A stretch of 51,131 bases of DNA, from assembly GCA_046597055.1 (NCBI GenBank), contig JBKJLC010000219.1, positions 1-51,131 on the forward strand, given 5' to 3'. The position numbers and the translations under genes were made by a program. Positions 1 to 9,644 of the stretch are shown here, piece after piece. The notes beneath the pieces are model-generated. The model was not told the DNA's origin. It searched no databases and worked only from the letters and a program-made list of their open reading frames with translations. The number at the start of each line of letters is the position of its first letter. The first letter of the stretch is position 1. This stretch comes from Kofleriaceae bacterium (GTDB lineage: Bacteria > Myxococcota_A > Polyangia > Haliangiales > Haliangiaceae).

Positions 1-1
1 G

Positions 2-1933
2 CTACAGGCCGAGCTTGTCGAGCTTCTTGTGCAGGCCCTCGCGCGTGATGCCGAGGGTGACGGCGGTGCGGGTCTTGTTGCCGCCGTGGTCGCGCAGGGC
101 CTCGGAGATGAGCCAGCGCTCGACCTGGTCCATCATCTCCTTGAGGGTGCCCTTCTTGGGGGCGACCTTGGCGACGGTGCCTTCGATCTTGCGGAGGCGC
201 GGCGACAGGTCGGTGACCTCGACGTTGCAGCCGGGCTCGGCCTGGATGACCAGGCGCTGGATCTCGTTCTCGAGCTCGCGGATGTTGCCGGGCCAGGTGT
301 AGCCGGCGAGCGCATCGAGGGCCTCCTGGGAGAAGCCGGTGAGCTCGACCCGATATTCCTCGGTGTAGCGGGCGAGGAAGTGCCGGGCGAGGGCCGGGAT
401 GTCCTCGCGACGCTCGCGCAGCGGGGGCAGGCGGATGGGGAACACCATCAGCCGGTAGTAGAGATCCTGGCGGAAGCGGCCCTTTTCGACCTCGGCGGCG
501 AGGTCGCGGTTGGTCGCGCAGATGATGCGGACGTCGACCTGCTTCTCGGCGGTGGCGCCGACCGGGCGGATGGTGCCCTCCTGGAGCACGCGCAGGAGCT
601 TGGCCTGCAGCGACAGCGGCATCTCGCCCATCTCGTCGAGGAAGAGGGTGCCGGCGTCGGCGATCTCGAACAGGCCCTTCTTGTCGGCGTCGGCCGAGGT
701 GAACGCGCCGCGCTTGTGGCCGAACAGCTCGCTCTCGAGCAGGTTCTCGGGCATCGCCGCGCAGTTCTGGGCGACGAACATCTTGTCGCGACGGCCCGAG
801 CGGTAGTGGATCGCCGAGGCGATCAGCTCCTTGCCGGTGCCGGTCTCGCCGTCGATGCAGACGGTCGCCCGGGTGTCGATCACCTTGTCGAGCTGGCTGA
901 AGACCTTCTGCATCGCCTCGGAGTCGCCGACGATGTTGGGGAAGCGGACCTTCTCCTCGCGACGCTTGAGGTACACGTTCTCGCCGCGGGCGCGCTCCTC
1001 GGCCAGCTTGAGCCGGCCGACCAGCTGCGCGTTGTCGAGCGCCAGGGCCGCCTGCGAGCCGACCACCAGCGCGACCTCGAGGTCGGACTCGTCGAACATG
1101 CCGGCGGTGCGCCGGTTGTCGGCCTGGAGCAGGCCGGTGATCTCGTCGCCGCGCCACAGCGGCACCGCGATCACCGACAGGATGCGACCGCCGAGGATCG
1201 ACTCGGACGACGAGATCTCTTCCTTGGCGTTGGCGGTGAGGATCGCGGCGCGGTCGGTGAGGACGCGGCGCAGGATCGCGCGGCTGGCGCGGACCAGATC
1301 GACGCCGGGCTCGGGCGGCTTGGCGGCCGCGCCGCGCTCGCGCTGGAGGGCGAGGGTGAACCGATCCTTGTCGGTGTCGGCGCGCAGCAGCAGCGTCACG
1401 TGGGTGGCGCGGCCAAGGATCTCGAAGGTGGCGTCGGCGATCGCGTCGAGCACCGCGGCCTGGTCGAGCCGGCCCGACAGGCGCTGCAGCGCCTTGTAGA
1501 GCTTGAAGGCGCTGACCGGGTCGTGCTCGATCTGCTCGCGAACCGCGGGCAGGTCGACGATCGAGCGGGTCGCGATCAGGCGCTCGGCGAGCTCGGCGTC
1601 CTCGGCCGGCGCGTAGCGGACGCGCACCATCACCGGCGCGCGCGGGTCACCGAGCAGGATCAGATCGCCCGACTCGAGGCCGAGCTCGTGCCGCCGGCTG
1701 GCGTCGACCGGGATCTTCTGGCCGTCGCGCTCGACCATCGAGCCGTTGGTGGAGCGCAGGTCGCGGAAGACGTAGCTGCTGCCCTCGCGCACGATCTGGG
1801 CGTGCTCGCCGGACAGGTGATAGTCGGTCAGGACCACCGAGTTGGTGGCCGCGCGCCCGAGCGTGATGACAAGGGAGGTCAGCTCGTACTTGGGACGCGC
1901 CGAGGTGCCGCGGATGATTTCGAGGACGATCAC
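2..1933 (-). CDS. Sigma54-dependent enhancer-binding protein with FHA, GAF, AAA+ and Fis-type HTH domains
   Basis: FHA motifs (LGR..., [13 protein letters not shown]), GAF (IAVPLW...GLLQADNR), [36 protein letters not shown] and a C-terminal HTH ([16 protein letters not shown]). GTG at 1933, TAG at 2-4. Confidence 0.95.
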   Translation of the reverse strand: MIVLEIIRGTSARPKYELTSLVITLGRAATNSVVLTDYHLSGEHAQIVREGSSYVFRDLRSTNGSMVERDGQKIPVDASRRHELGLESGDLILLGDPRAPVMVRVRYAPAEDAELAERLIATRSIVDLPAVREQIEHDPVSAFKLYKALQRLSGRLDQAAVLDAIADATFEILGRATHVTLLLRADTDKDRFTLALQRERGAAAKPPEPGVDLVRASRAILRRVLTDRAAILTANAKEEISSSESILGGRILSVIAVPLWRGDEITGLLQADNRRTAGMFDESDLEVALVVGSQAALALDNAQLVGRLKLAEERARGENVYLKRREEKVRFPNIVGDSEAMQKVFSQLDKVIDTRATVCIDGETGTGKELIASAIHYRSGRRDKMFVAQNCAAMPENLLESELFGHKRGAFTSADADKKGLFEIADAGTLFLDEMGEMPLSLQAKLLRVLQEGTIRPVGATAEKQVDVRIICATNRDLAAEVEKGRFRQDLYYRLMVFPIRLPPLRERREDIPALARHFLARYTEEYRVELTGFSQEALDALAGYTWPGNIRELENEIQRLVIQAEPGCNVEVTDLSPRLRKIEGTVAKVAPKKGTLKEMMDQVERWLISEALRDHGGNKTRTAVTLGITREGLHKKLDKLGL

Positions 1934-2001
1934 GGTGTTTTCGACACAAGCCGGGTGCGATGGACCCCTGGGTGGTTATACTCCGAGACGATTTTTCCGT
2001 C

Positions 2002-4446
2002 ATGACGGCTTCGTCCAAAGTTCTGGTCGTCAGTGGTGATCGTCGGGCGGCGGACGCGATGCGGTTGGGGTTCGAGCGCGAAGGAATGCCGGTGTCTGCC
2101 GCCGACACCCGCGACGAGGCCGCCGCGCTGTTCGACGGCGTCGCCCTGGTGGTCGCGGGGCCCGCGCCAGGCGCGGGCCGCGCCGAGCCCGAGCAGCTCA
2201 TCCGCGCGCTGGTCGTGGCGGGCGCCGATCGGGGCGCCCCGCCGCTGCTCTACGTCGGCAACGGCGTGAGCCGGGCCGAAGCGCTCGCTGCTGGCGCCAC
2301 CGCGGTGCTGGCGTCGCCGGCGTTCGTGCGCGACGTCGTCACGATCGGCCGCATCCTGGCCGGCCGGCGCCCGGGCAATCGTTCGGTGATGGACGCCGAC
2401 CTCGGCGACACCTACGGCGTCTTCTACCTGGTGCGCGCGCTGTGCGCGACCGGCGCCACCGGGACGCTGCTGATGCTGCGCGGCCTGCGTCGCGGCGAGA
2501 TCCGCTTCTTCGAGGGCGAGGTCACGTCGGCCCAGGTCGGCGGGATGCACGGGCAGGCGGCGCTGCACCAGCTCCTGCTGTGGACCGAGGCCCGCATCGA
2601 GCTGCGCAACGAGGCGGTGGTCCGGCGCCAGCAGATCCCGGTCGCGCTCGACCAGCTGCTCAGCCACGCCGCGCAGTTCCTGTCGGACCTGCGCGAGGTG
2701 GCCGGGGGGCTGTCGCCGGCGACGGTGTACGAGCAGGACCCGGCGGTGGTCGCGTCGCTCGGGCGTGGCCTGCCGACCGAGGTCCACGGCGTGCTGCGGT
2801 TGTTCGACGGTCACCGCACGGTCGCCGACGTGCTGGAGGACAGCTCGTTCCGCGTGCTCGAGACGCTGCGGGTCGCCGAGCGGGCTGCGCAGGTCGGGCT
2901 CTTGCGGCGGCGGGCGGTGACCCGGCCGCGCGCGGTGCATCGCGCGATGCTGGAGATCGAGGAGTGGCTGGTCGGTGGCAGCGGCGACGCCGAGCGGCCC
3001 GGCGCGATCGGGCCCGCGGTCGCGATCGCGGTCGAGGGCACCGGCCCGGTGGGGGCCGGAAAGGCCGGCAAGAAGAAGAAGGGCAAGAAGGTCGGCGGCG
3101 CCCAGGCCGTGTCGAAGGAGCGCGCCACCGTCGAGGTCGACTGGGCCGCGCTGGTGCCGCGGAGCGCGGGGCTCGATGCCGGGCTGCTGTCGCCGGTGGT
3201 GCCGTCGTCGGCGGCGAAGGGCGAGATCGAGGCGAAGTCGGTCGAGGTCCGGGTCAGCCGCGACGAGGGGCGCGAGGGGCTCGAGACGGTGATGGATGCC
3301 GGGGATCGCGACCGGCTGTTCCAGGGCGGACGCGGCGACGAGGCCAGCGTGACGGTGAGCGAGGGGATCGCGGAGGAGGAGGCGGCGTGGCTGGCGGCGG
3401 AGCGGGACGCGCGGGGGGCGATCGAGCGGGGTCCGGAGCGTGCGCAGGCGCAGGCGCAGGCGATCGAGCGGGAGCGCGCGAGGGAGCGGGCGCAGGAGAT
3501 CGAGCGAGAGCGGGCGCGGGAGCAGGAGCGCGCGCGCGCGCGGGAGCGGGAGGAGGAGCTCGAGATCGAGCAGGTGCGCGCGCGGCAGGAGAAGGAGCTG
3601 GAGCTCGAGCGCGCGATGGAGCAGGCGCGGGTTGCCGAGCAGGCGATCGCGCAGGCGCGGGCGCGATCGCTGGAGATCGAGGAGCGCGCAGCGGCGGAGG
3701 CGCGCGCGGCGACGAAGCTCGAGCAGGAGAAGTCGCGGGCGCGCATCGAGGCAGATGCGCGGGTCGATGCGGACGCGCGCGCGGCGGCGGCGGCGCGGGC
3801 GGAGGCGCACGCCCGGGCGGAGGCGCGGGCTGCCGTCGAGGCGGAGGCGCGGGCCGCGGCCGAGGCGCAGGCGGGTGCCGAGGCACAGGCGCGAGCGGGG
3901 GCGCGGGCGATCGCGGCGGCGCAGGCGCGCGCGGTGACCGAGGCGCGGGCCGAGGCCGAGGCCGAGGCCAAGGCGCGGGAAGACGAGGCGCGGCGAGAGA
4001 GTCACGTGTCTGGCGAGATCCCGGGCTCTGCGGAGCGTGTGGCCCGCAAGGATCCCGACGTGGTCGGCCCATCGATGTTGATCGAGGAGCTGGCGGAGAC
4101 GCGCAGCGATGCGAACCGGCTGGCTGGCGCGGCGACGGCGGCGGCGGTGGTAGCGGCGAGCAGCCCGGCGCCAGCGGATGTCGCGCGGGTGCCGCGGGCG
4201 CAGTCGGCCGGCGCCGAGGCGGCGGCGACGCGGCGCGACGCCAGGGCCGCCGAGGCGACCGCGGTGAGCTCGTTCAGCGACGACGAGGAGGCGTTCTTCA
4301 GCGCCGGCCACGGCGTGGCCGCACCGCACGAGGCGGCCGAGTCGTTCGACGACCTCGACGTCGGCTATCAGCCGCCGACGTTCTGGGATCGCCTGCTCGG
4401 GCGCGCGAAGCCGCTGCCGAGCGCGCGCCGTCGACCGAAGAAGTAG
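2002..4446 (+). CDS. DUF4388 (PatA-N-like) protein with N-terminal pseudo-receiver and long charged/Ala-rich coiled coil
   Basis: Receiver-like start KVLVVSGD, DUF4388-like TGTLLMLRGLRRGEIRFFEGEVTSAQ and an E/R/A-rich helix. ATG 2002 is preferred over 1960 because TATACT lies at 1977-1982. Confidence 0.75.
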   Translation: MTASSKVLVVSGDRRAADAMRLGFEREGMPVSAADTRDEAAALFDGVALVVAGPAPGAGRAEPEQLIRALVVAGADRGAPPLLYVGNGVSRAEALAAGATAVLASPAFVRDVVTIGRILAGRRPGNRSVMDADLGDTYGVFYLVRALCATGATGTLLMLRGLRRGEIRFFEGEVTSAQVGGMHGQAALHQLLLWTEARIELRNEAVVRRQQIPVALDQLLSHAAQFLSDLREVAGGLSPATVYEQDPAVVASLGRGLPTEVHGVLRLFDGHRTVADVLEDSSFRVLETLRVAERAAQVGLLRRRAVTRPRAVHRAMLEIEEWLVGGSGDAERPGAIGPAVAIAVEGTGPVGAGKAGKKKKGKKVGGAQAVSKERATVEVDWAALVPRSAGLDAGLLSPVVPSSAAKGEIEAKSVEVRVSRDEGREGLETVMDAGDRDRLFQGGRGDEASVTVSEGIAEEEAAWLAAERDARGAIERGPERAQAQAQAIERERARERAQEIERERAREQERARAREREEELEIEQVRARQEKELELERAMEQARVAEQAIAQARARSLEIEERAAAEARAATKLEQEKSRARIEADARVDADARAAAAARAEAHARAEARAAVEAEARAAAEAQAGAEAQARAGARAIAAAQARAVTEARAEAEAEAKAREDEARRESHVSGEIPGSAERVARKDPDVVGPSMLIEELAETRSDANRLAGAATAAAVVAASSPAPADVARVPRAQSAGAEAAATRRDARAAEATAVSSFSDDEEAFFSAGHGVAAPHEAAESFDDLDVGYQPPTFWDRLLGRAKPLPSARRRPKK

Positions 4447-4501
4447 CGCGGTCAGCGCCGGATGCGTGCGGCCGCAAGCCACCCCGCCGATGACCTCGAG
4501 C

Positions 4502-5137
4502 TCAGGGCGCGAGCCAGGCGAGCTCGACGCCGCCGCGCGGGCTCCACATCTTGAACGTCATCCGGCGCGCATCGTCGCGGAGGACGTTGGCGGAGCGCGG
4601 GAAGGTCGCGACGTAGACCTCGGCAAACTCGTTGACCTCGGGCAGCTCGACCTTGAGGACCTCGAGCGGACGCTTGTCGCGCACGATCGAGCTCGGTGGG
4701 GTCTCGATGCCCTTGTCGTCGACGAGCGCCAGCCGCCACACCGAGCGGTCGCCGCGCTGGAGATCGTTCTCGGTGCGGTCGTAGGTCGTGACCACCAGCG
4801 CGATCTCGTAGTCGCCCTCGGCCGCGAGCTTGGCCTTGGCGAACAGCGCGTCGCGAGCCGCGCCCTCGACCTTGCGGATCCGCGCCTCGCGCTCGGCGTA
4901 GGCGGCGCGCCACGTCGGCGACCGGAACGTGCCGTAGAGCTCGAGGACCTGCTGGTACTGGCCGCGGAGCACCGCGCGTCGGGTCCAGGCGGCGGTCACG
5001 TCCTCGTACTCGCCGGAGCGCTCGGGCCAGCTCGCGCTGAGCGGCACCGGGCCGGGCGTACTGCCACACGCGGCGACCGCGGTGGCGGCGGCGAGCGCGA
5101 GCAGGGCCGCGCGGACGGTGGCGCGACCCCGCGTCAT
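4502..5137 (-). CDS. Putative lipoprotein, hypothetical
   Basis: Signal peptide with lipobox AVAAC; start overlaps the pyrE stop (ATGA at 5134-5137). Confidence 0.8.
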   Translation of the reverse strand: MTRGRATVRAALLALAAATAVAACGSTPGPVPLSASWPERSGEYEDVTAAWTRRAVLRGQYQQVLELYGTFRSPTWRAAYAEREARIRKVEGAARDALFAKAKLAAEGDYEIALVVTTYDRTENDLQRGDRSVWRLALVDDKGIETPPSSIVRDKRPLEVLKVELPEVNEFAEVYVATFPRSANVLRDDARRMTFKMWSPRGGVELAWLAP

Positions 5138-5718
5138 GGCAGGAAGTCCGTGCGGGTGAACAGCGTCGTGAGCGGCGCGTGGGCGACGACCGCGTCGCGC
5201 CCGCCCTCGAGCCGATCGACCAGCGCGATCACCGCGGCGACCCGCAGGCCGCTGGCGGTCGCGCGCTCGATCGCCTTCAGGGTCGCCGCGCCGGTGGTGA
5301 CGACGTCCTCGAGAATCACGACCGGCCGGGCCGGGTCGAGGCGCTTCGCGGCCTCGAGCCACTGGCCGGTGCCGTGACCCTTGGGCTCCTTGCGCACGAT
5401 GAACGCGTGCAGCGGCCGCCCGGCCAGGAAGCTGGCGATGCTGGTCGCGGTCGCCAGCGGATCGGCGCCGAGGGTCAGGCCGCCCACCGAACCGGCGTCA
5501 GGTGCGATGTCGTCGATCAGGCGGCGGAACAGCTGACCGACCAGGAAGCCGCCTTCGGCATCGAGGGTCACCGCCTTGCAGTCGATGTAGAAGTTCGACT
5601 TCAGGCCCGACGACAGCGTCACCTCGCGCTCAGCGAAGGCGTGGCGGCGCAGGAGCTCGAGCAGGCGGGCCCGCTGCTGGGCGAACACCGGCTCGGCATG
5701 CAGCGTCTCGAGGTTCAT
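5134..5718 (-). CDS. pyrE: Orotate phosphoribosyltransferase
   Basis: TLSSGLKSNFYIDCK, VRKEPKGHGT and PRPP-binding VVILEDVVTTG. Confidence 0.95.
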   Translation of the reverse strand: MNLETLHAEPVFAQQRARLLELLRRHAFAEREVTLSSGLKSNFYIDCKAVTLDAEGGFLVGQLFRRLIDDIAPDAGSVGGLTLGADPLATATSIASFLAGRPLHAFIVRKEPKGHGTGQWLEAAKRLDPARPVVILEDVVTTGAATLKAIERATASGLRVAAVIALVDRLEGGRDAVVAHAPLTTLFTRTDFLP

Positions 5719-5747
5719 CCGGTCGGACGCTAGCACACGGCCTGCGG

Positions 5748-5775
5748 TTGACGGAGGTAGCTCCCGGTGTACAGT
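5748..5775 (+). promoter_or_regulatory. Sigma70-type promoter of gshA (TTGACG-N16-TACAGT)
   Basis: Near-consensus -35 at 5748-5753 and -10 at 5770-5775. It overlaps the ORF-track GTG at 5767, so the start is placed at GTG 5788. Confidence 0.6.
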
Positions 5776-5787
5776 CGCGAGCCCCGC

Positions 5788-7143
5788 GTGTATCTCGTCG
5801 ACGAAAAGGACGCTGCTCCGATCACCTCGGTCGAGCAATTGATCGAGCACTTCCGCAGCGCGGAGAAGCCGCGCGAGGCGTGGCGAGTCGGCTCGGAGCA
5901 CGAGCTGATCGGCGTGCGCGCGAGCGGGCCGGCGATCGGCACCGCGCCGGGCTACGACGGGCCCGATGGCATCGGCGCCATCCTGGCCGGCTTCGCCCAG
6001 CGGGGTTGGACCCCGGTGCTCGAGGACGATCACGTGATCGCGCTCACGCACGGCGAGGCCCAGGTGACCATCGAGCCGGGTGGTCAGCTCGAGCTGGCCG
6101 CGCCGCCGCTGCACGACGATCGCGAGCTGGTGCCGATGCTGGCCGACCACGTCGCCGCGCTCGGCGCGATCACGCGGCCGACCGGGGTGGCCTGGCTGTC
6201 GATCGGCTTCCGCCCATTCGGTGCGCTCGGCGACGTGCCGGCGATGCCCAAGCAGCGCTACGACGTGATGCGCGCGTACATGCCGACGGTCGGTAGCCGT
6301 GGCCTCGAGATGATGATGCGCACCGCGACGGTGCAGACCAACCTCGACTGGTCCGACGAGGCCGACGCCGCCGCCAAGCTGCGCTGCCTGATGAGCGTCA
6401 CGTCGATCATGACGGCGCTGTGGGCGTCGTCGCCGATCGTCGACGGCAAGGTGTCCGGGTTCCAGAGCTTCCGTGCCCACATCTGGCGCGACACCGACAA
6501 CCAGCGCGCCGGCCTGCTGCCGTTCGCCTTCGACCGCGCCGACATCTATCGCGCGTACGCCGAGTGGGCGCTCGACGTGCCGATGTACTTCGTCTACCGC
6601 GGCGGCTACCGGCCGGTGGCCGGCCTGACCTTCCGCCAGTTCATGGCGAAGGGCTGGAACGACGAGCACGCGACGCTGTCGGACTGGGGGCTGCACCTGT
6701 CGACGCTGTTCCCCGACGCGCGCATGAAGAAGTACATGGAGGTGCGCGGCTGCGACTGCGGCTCCATGCCGATGATCGCCGCGCTCGGGGCGGTCTCGCG
6801 TGGGCTGCTGTACGACCCGACCGCGCGGGCCGCGGCGATCGCGCTGACCGCCGGGCTCGATCTCGAGGCCCGCCAGCGTCTGGCCGACGACGTGCCGCGC
6901 GCCGGCCTGGCCGCACGGGTCGGCCAGCGCACCGTCGGCGAGCTCGCCCGCGAGCTGGTCGCGATCGCGCGTGACGGGCTCGGTCGCGTGCTGCCCGGCG
7001 CGGTCGGCCTGATCGATCCGGTCGCCGCGATCGCCGAGAGTGGCCGGACCCAGTCCGATCACATCATCGACGTGTGGAACACGACCGGCGGCGAGCCGGC
7101 GCGGGCGATCCCGCTGCTGGCGCATCCGACGCTGCACCCCTGA
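5788..7143 (+). CDS. gshA: Glutamate--cysteine ligase (plant/alphaproteobacterial-type GCS2 family)
   Basis: RVGSEHE, TIEPGGQLEL, MPKQRYDVMRAYMPTVG, TATVQTNLD, HLSTLFPDARMKKYMEVRGCD. Confidence 0.9.
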   Translation: MYLVDEKDAAPITSVEQLIEHFRSAEKPREAWRVGSEHELIGVRASGPAIGTAPGYDGPDGIGAILAGFAQRGWTPVLEDDHVIALTHGEAQVTIEPGGQLELAAPPLHDDRELVPMLADHVAALGAITRPTGVAWLSIGFRPFGALGDVPAMPKQRYDVMRAYMPTVGSRGLEMMMRTATVQTNLDWSDEADAAAKLRCLMSVTSIMTALWASSPIVDGKVSGFQSFRAHIWRDTDNQRAGLLPFAFDRADIYRAYAEWALDVPMYFVYRGGYRPVAGLTFRQFMAKGWNDEHATLSDWGLHLSTLFPDARMKKYMEVRGCDCGSMPMIAALGAVSRGLLYDPTARAAAIALTAGLDLEARQRLADDVPRAGLAARVGQRTVGELARELVAIARDGLGRVLPGAVGLIDPVAAIAESGRTQSDHIIDVWNTTGGEPARAIPLLAHPTLHP

Positions 7144-7163
7144 CGGACGGGGACGCCGCCGCG

Positions 7164-8054
7164 TCAGTGGACGACGAGCACCGAGCACGGCGCGTGACGC
7201 ACGGTGGCCTCGGCGACGCTGCCGAGGATCAACCGGCGCAGGCCGCGGCGGCCGTGGCTGCCGACCACCAGCAGGTCGGCGTCGTGCTGCTCGGCGAGAT
7301 CGCACAGGCCCTCGCGGGCCGGGGCCGCCACCACCTGGAAGCGCAGCGTGACCGGCGCGTCGGCGTACCTGAACAGCAGGGCGTCGGCGTGCGCGCGAGC
7401 GTCCTCGCCCACGACCGCGAGCAGGTCGTGGTGGACGTCGTCGTCCGAGGACACCGCCTCGGGCATGAGCAGGTTCGACTGGAAGCAGTGGACCAGGTCG
7501 ATGGTGGCGCCGGGGCGCGCCAGCAAGATCGTGAGGGCCAGCGCCGCGTTGGCCTGATCGGAGAAGTCGGTGCCGACCACGATGCGCTCGAACCCACGGT
7601 CGGGATCGCCGTCGCGCGCGACCAGCACGCTGACCGGCGCCGCCCGCACCAGGTGCTCGGCGACGCTGCCGAGCAGCCAGCGCCGGGCCCGGCTGCGATC
7701 GCGGGAGCCGATCACGATCAGCTCGGCGCCGAGCTCGGTTGCGGCCTCGATCAGGGCTTCGTCGGGGAAGCGGTCGACCAGGAGCTGGGAGACCGTGACG
7801 CCGTCGGCCGACAGCCGCTCGCGCAGCGTGGCCAGCGCGCGGCGATCCTCGGCCAGGCGATCCGCGAGCACCTTGACCATGCGGTCGGCGGTCGCCTGCA
7901 TGGACGGTGGGACCGCCGGACGCTCGGGCACGGTCGCCGCGTGGACCAGCACCACCTCGGCGCCGTGGTCGGCCGCGATCTCGGTGGCGCGCCGGGCCGC
8001 GAGCTCCGAGCCGGGGGAGAGGTCGATGCCCACGACGATCTTGTGGAGCGCCAT
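7164..8054 (-). CDS. Tandem universal stress protein
   Basis: Two USP domains: KIVVGIDLS...[18 protein letters not shown] and RIVVGTDFS...[31 protein letters not shown]. Confidence 0.95.
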   Translation of the reverse strand: MALHKIVVGIDLSPGSELAARRATEIAADHGAEVVLVHAATVPERPAVPPSMQATADRMVKVLADRLAEDRRALATLRERLSADGVTVSQLLVDRFPDEALIEAATELGAELIVIGSRDRSRARRWLLGSVAEHLVRAAPVSVLVARDGDPDRGFERIVVGTDFSDQANAALALTILLARPGATIDLVHCFQSNLLMPEAVSSDDDVHHDLLAVVGEDARAHADALLFRYADAPVTLRFQVVAAPAREGLCDLAEQHDADLLVVGSHGRRGLRRLILGSVAEATVRHAPCSVLVVH

Positions 8055-8077
8055 GACCCGGTTATAGCGCGGCGCGG

Positions 8078-9637
8078 TCACTGCGCGGTCGGGTCGAGCA
8101 CGCCGTCGGCGATCGCGATCGCGCGCACCTCGTCGAGCGTCGCGGCCTCGGCCGCGGACTTGTCAGGGCGGTAGCGAACCACCCGGGCCAGGCGCAGCGC
8201 GAGGCCACCGGGGTACTGCGACGAGACCTGCACGTCGGAGAACGCGATCTCGACGACGACTTCGGGCCGGACCTGGACCACGTGGCCGCTGCGCTCGGTC
8301 GCGCGGGCGAGAAACTCCTGGGTCTGCCACGCGAGCATCACGTCGGTCATGCCCTTGAAGGTCTTGCCGAGCATCACGAAGCCCCCGGCCAGGTCGCGGG
8401 CGCCCAGGTGGAGGTTCGACAGGAGGCCCTTGCGGCGGCCCGAGCCCCACTCGACCGCGAGCACGACCAGGTCGAGGGTGTGGACCTTCTTGATCTTGAG
8501 CCAGGACGCGCCGCGGTTGCCGGCCTGATAGGGCGCGCCTAGGTCCTTGGCCATCACGCCCTCGTGGCCAGCCGCGAACGCCTCGGCGAGGAAGCGCGCG
8601 GCGGCGGCGGGATCGCGCGTGATCAGGCGCGGCACCAGCGTGTCGGCCGGGGCCAGCCCGGCCAGCGCGCCGGCCCGATCGCGGCCGGGGCGGTCGAGGA
8701 GGACGTCGTCGTCGAGCAGCAGGCAGTCGAACCAGCGGGCCGCGAGCGGGAGCTCGGCGCGCACCGCGGCGTCGTCGGCGGTGCGGCCGAACCGGCGCAT
8801 CGTGATCTGGAACGGCCACGGCCGGCCGTCGGGCCGGAGCGCGAGGGCCTCGCCATCGAGGATCACCCGGCGGGCCGGCAGGGCCTGGCCGAACGCGTGC
8901 AACTCCGGGGTCGCGGCGGTGACGTCGCCGCCGCCGCGCGCGAACACCCGGACCTGGTCGCCGTCCTTGTGCAGCTGGACCCGGGCGCCGTCGAGCTTGT
9001 GCTCGAACACCGGATCGGCGAGCGCGGCGAGCGCGGCGTCGACGTCGTCGGTGACCTGCGCCAGCATCGGCAGGACCGGGCGGAACACGGTGAGATCGAA
9101 GCCGCCGAGGGCGCCGGGGTCGCCGCCGAGCGCGGCCCGGGCGACCGCGGCCAGGTCACCCGAGAGCATGAAGGCGCGCCGGACCGGCGCGTCGTCGACG
9201 CTGGCCGCCCGCGCGATCGCGGCGACCATGACGCCCTCGAGCGCACCCTGGCGGAGCTCGCCGGTGACGATGCCGGCGAGCAGGTTGCGCTCGGGCGCGG
9301 TGGCGCGGGCGAACAGGGCGCCCAGCGTGATCTCGCGGGTGCGCGCGGAGCCGGCGCCGCGCGCCGCGGCGATCGTGGTCAGCGCCGCGTCGACCTCGGG
9401 CAGCGCCAGGCTGGCGTCGCTGGCGGGCGGGGTCGCCAGCGCGCGGTGGACCAGCGTGTGGCCGATGCCGATCTTGCCCTGGGGCGCAGCGCCGGTGAGG
9501 TAGTGGGTGGCAAGCGCCGCCTCGTCGGGCGTCAGCGTGCGCAGCAGGTCGGCGAGCCGGGCGATCTTCTGGTTGCGCGAGGCGGTCGCCGCGACCGCGA
9601 CCGAGACCTCGGCGAGGCTGGCGAGGAACGCGGGCAT
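8078..9637 (-). CDS. ligB: ATP-dependent DNA ligase, LigB-like
   Basis: EHKLDGAR (KxDG), LDGEA, HEGVMAK, WLKIK, LDLVV...[26 protein letters not shown]-terminal DNA-binding domain present. ATG 9637 follows GAGG just after the upstream stop. Confidence 0.9.
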   Translation of the reverse strand: MPAFLASLAEVSVAVAATASRNQKIARLADLLRTLTPDEAALATHYLTGAAPQGKIGIGHTLVHRALATPPASDASLALPEVDAALTTIAAARGAGSARTREITLGALFARATAPERNLLAGIVTGELRQGALEGVMVAAIARAASVDDAPVRRAFMLSGDLAAVARAALGGDPGALGGFDLTVFRPVLPMLAQVTDDVDAALAALADPVFEHKLDGARVQLHKDGDQVRVFARGGGDVTAATPELHAFGQALPARRVILDGEALALRPDGRPWPFQITMRRFGRTADDAAVRAELPLAARWFDCLLLDDDVLLDRPGRDRAGALAGLAPADTLVPRLITRDPAAAARFLAEAFAAGHEGVMAKDLGAPYQAGNRGASWLKIKKVHTLDLVVLAVEWGSGRRKGLLSNLHLGARDLAGGFVMLGKTFKGMTDVMLAWQTQEFLARATERSGHVVQVRPEVVVEIAFSDVQVSSQYPGGLALRLARVVRYRPDKSAAEAATLDEVRAIAIADGVLDPTAQ

Positions 9638-9644
9638 CGCCGCC

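Noticed and set aside
29..2005. Long antisense and alternate-frame ORFs here and throughout (e.g. 15252-17747, 8564-10447, 38200-41265)
   Set aside because: These are shadow ORFs expected at this GC content; they lie opposite genes with clear family motifs.
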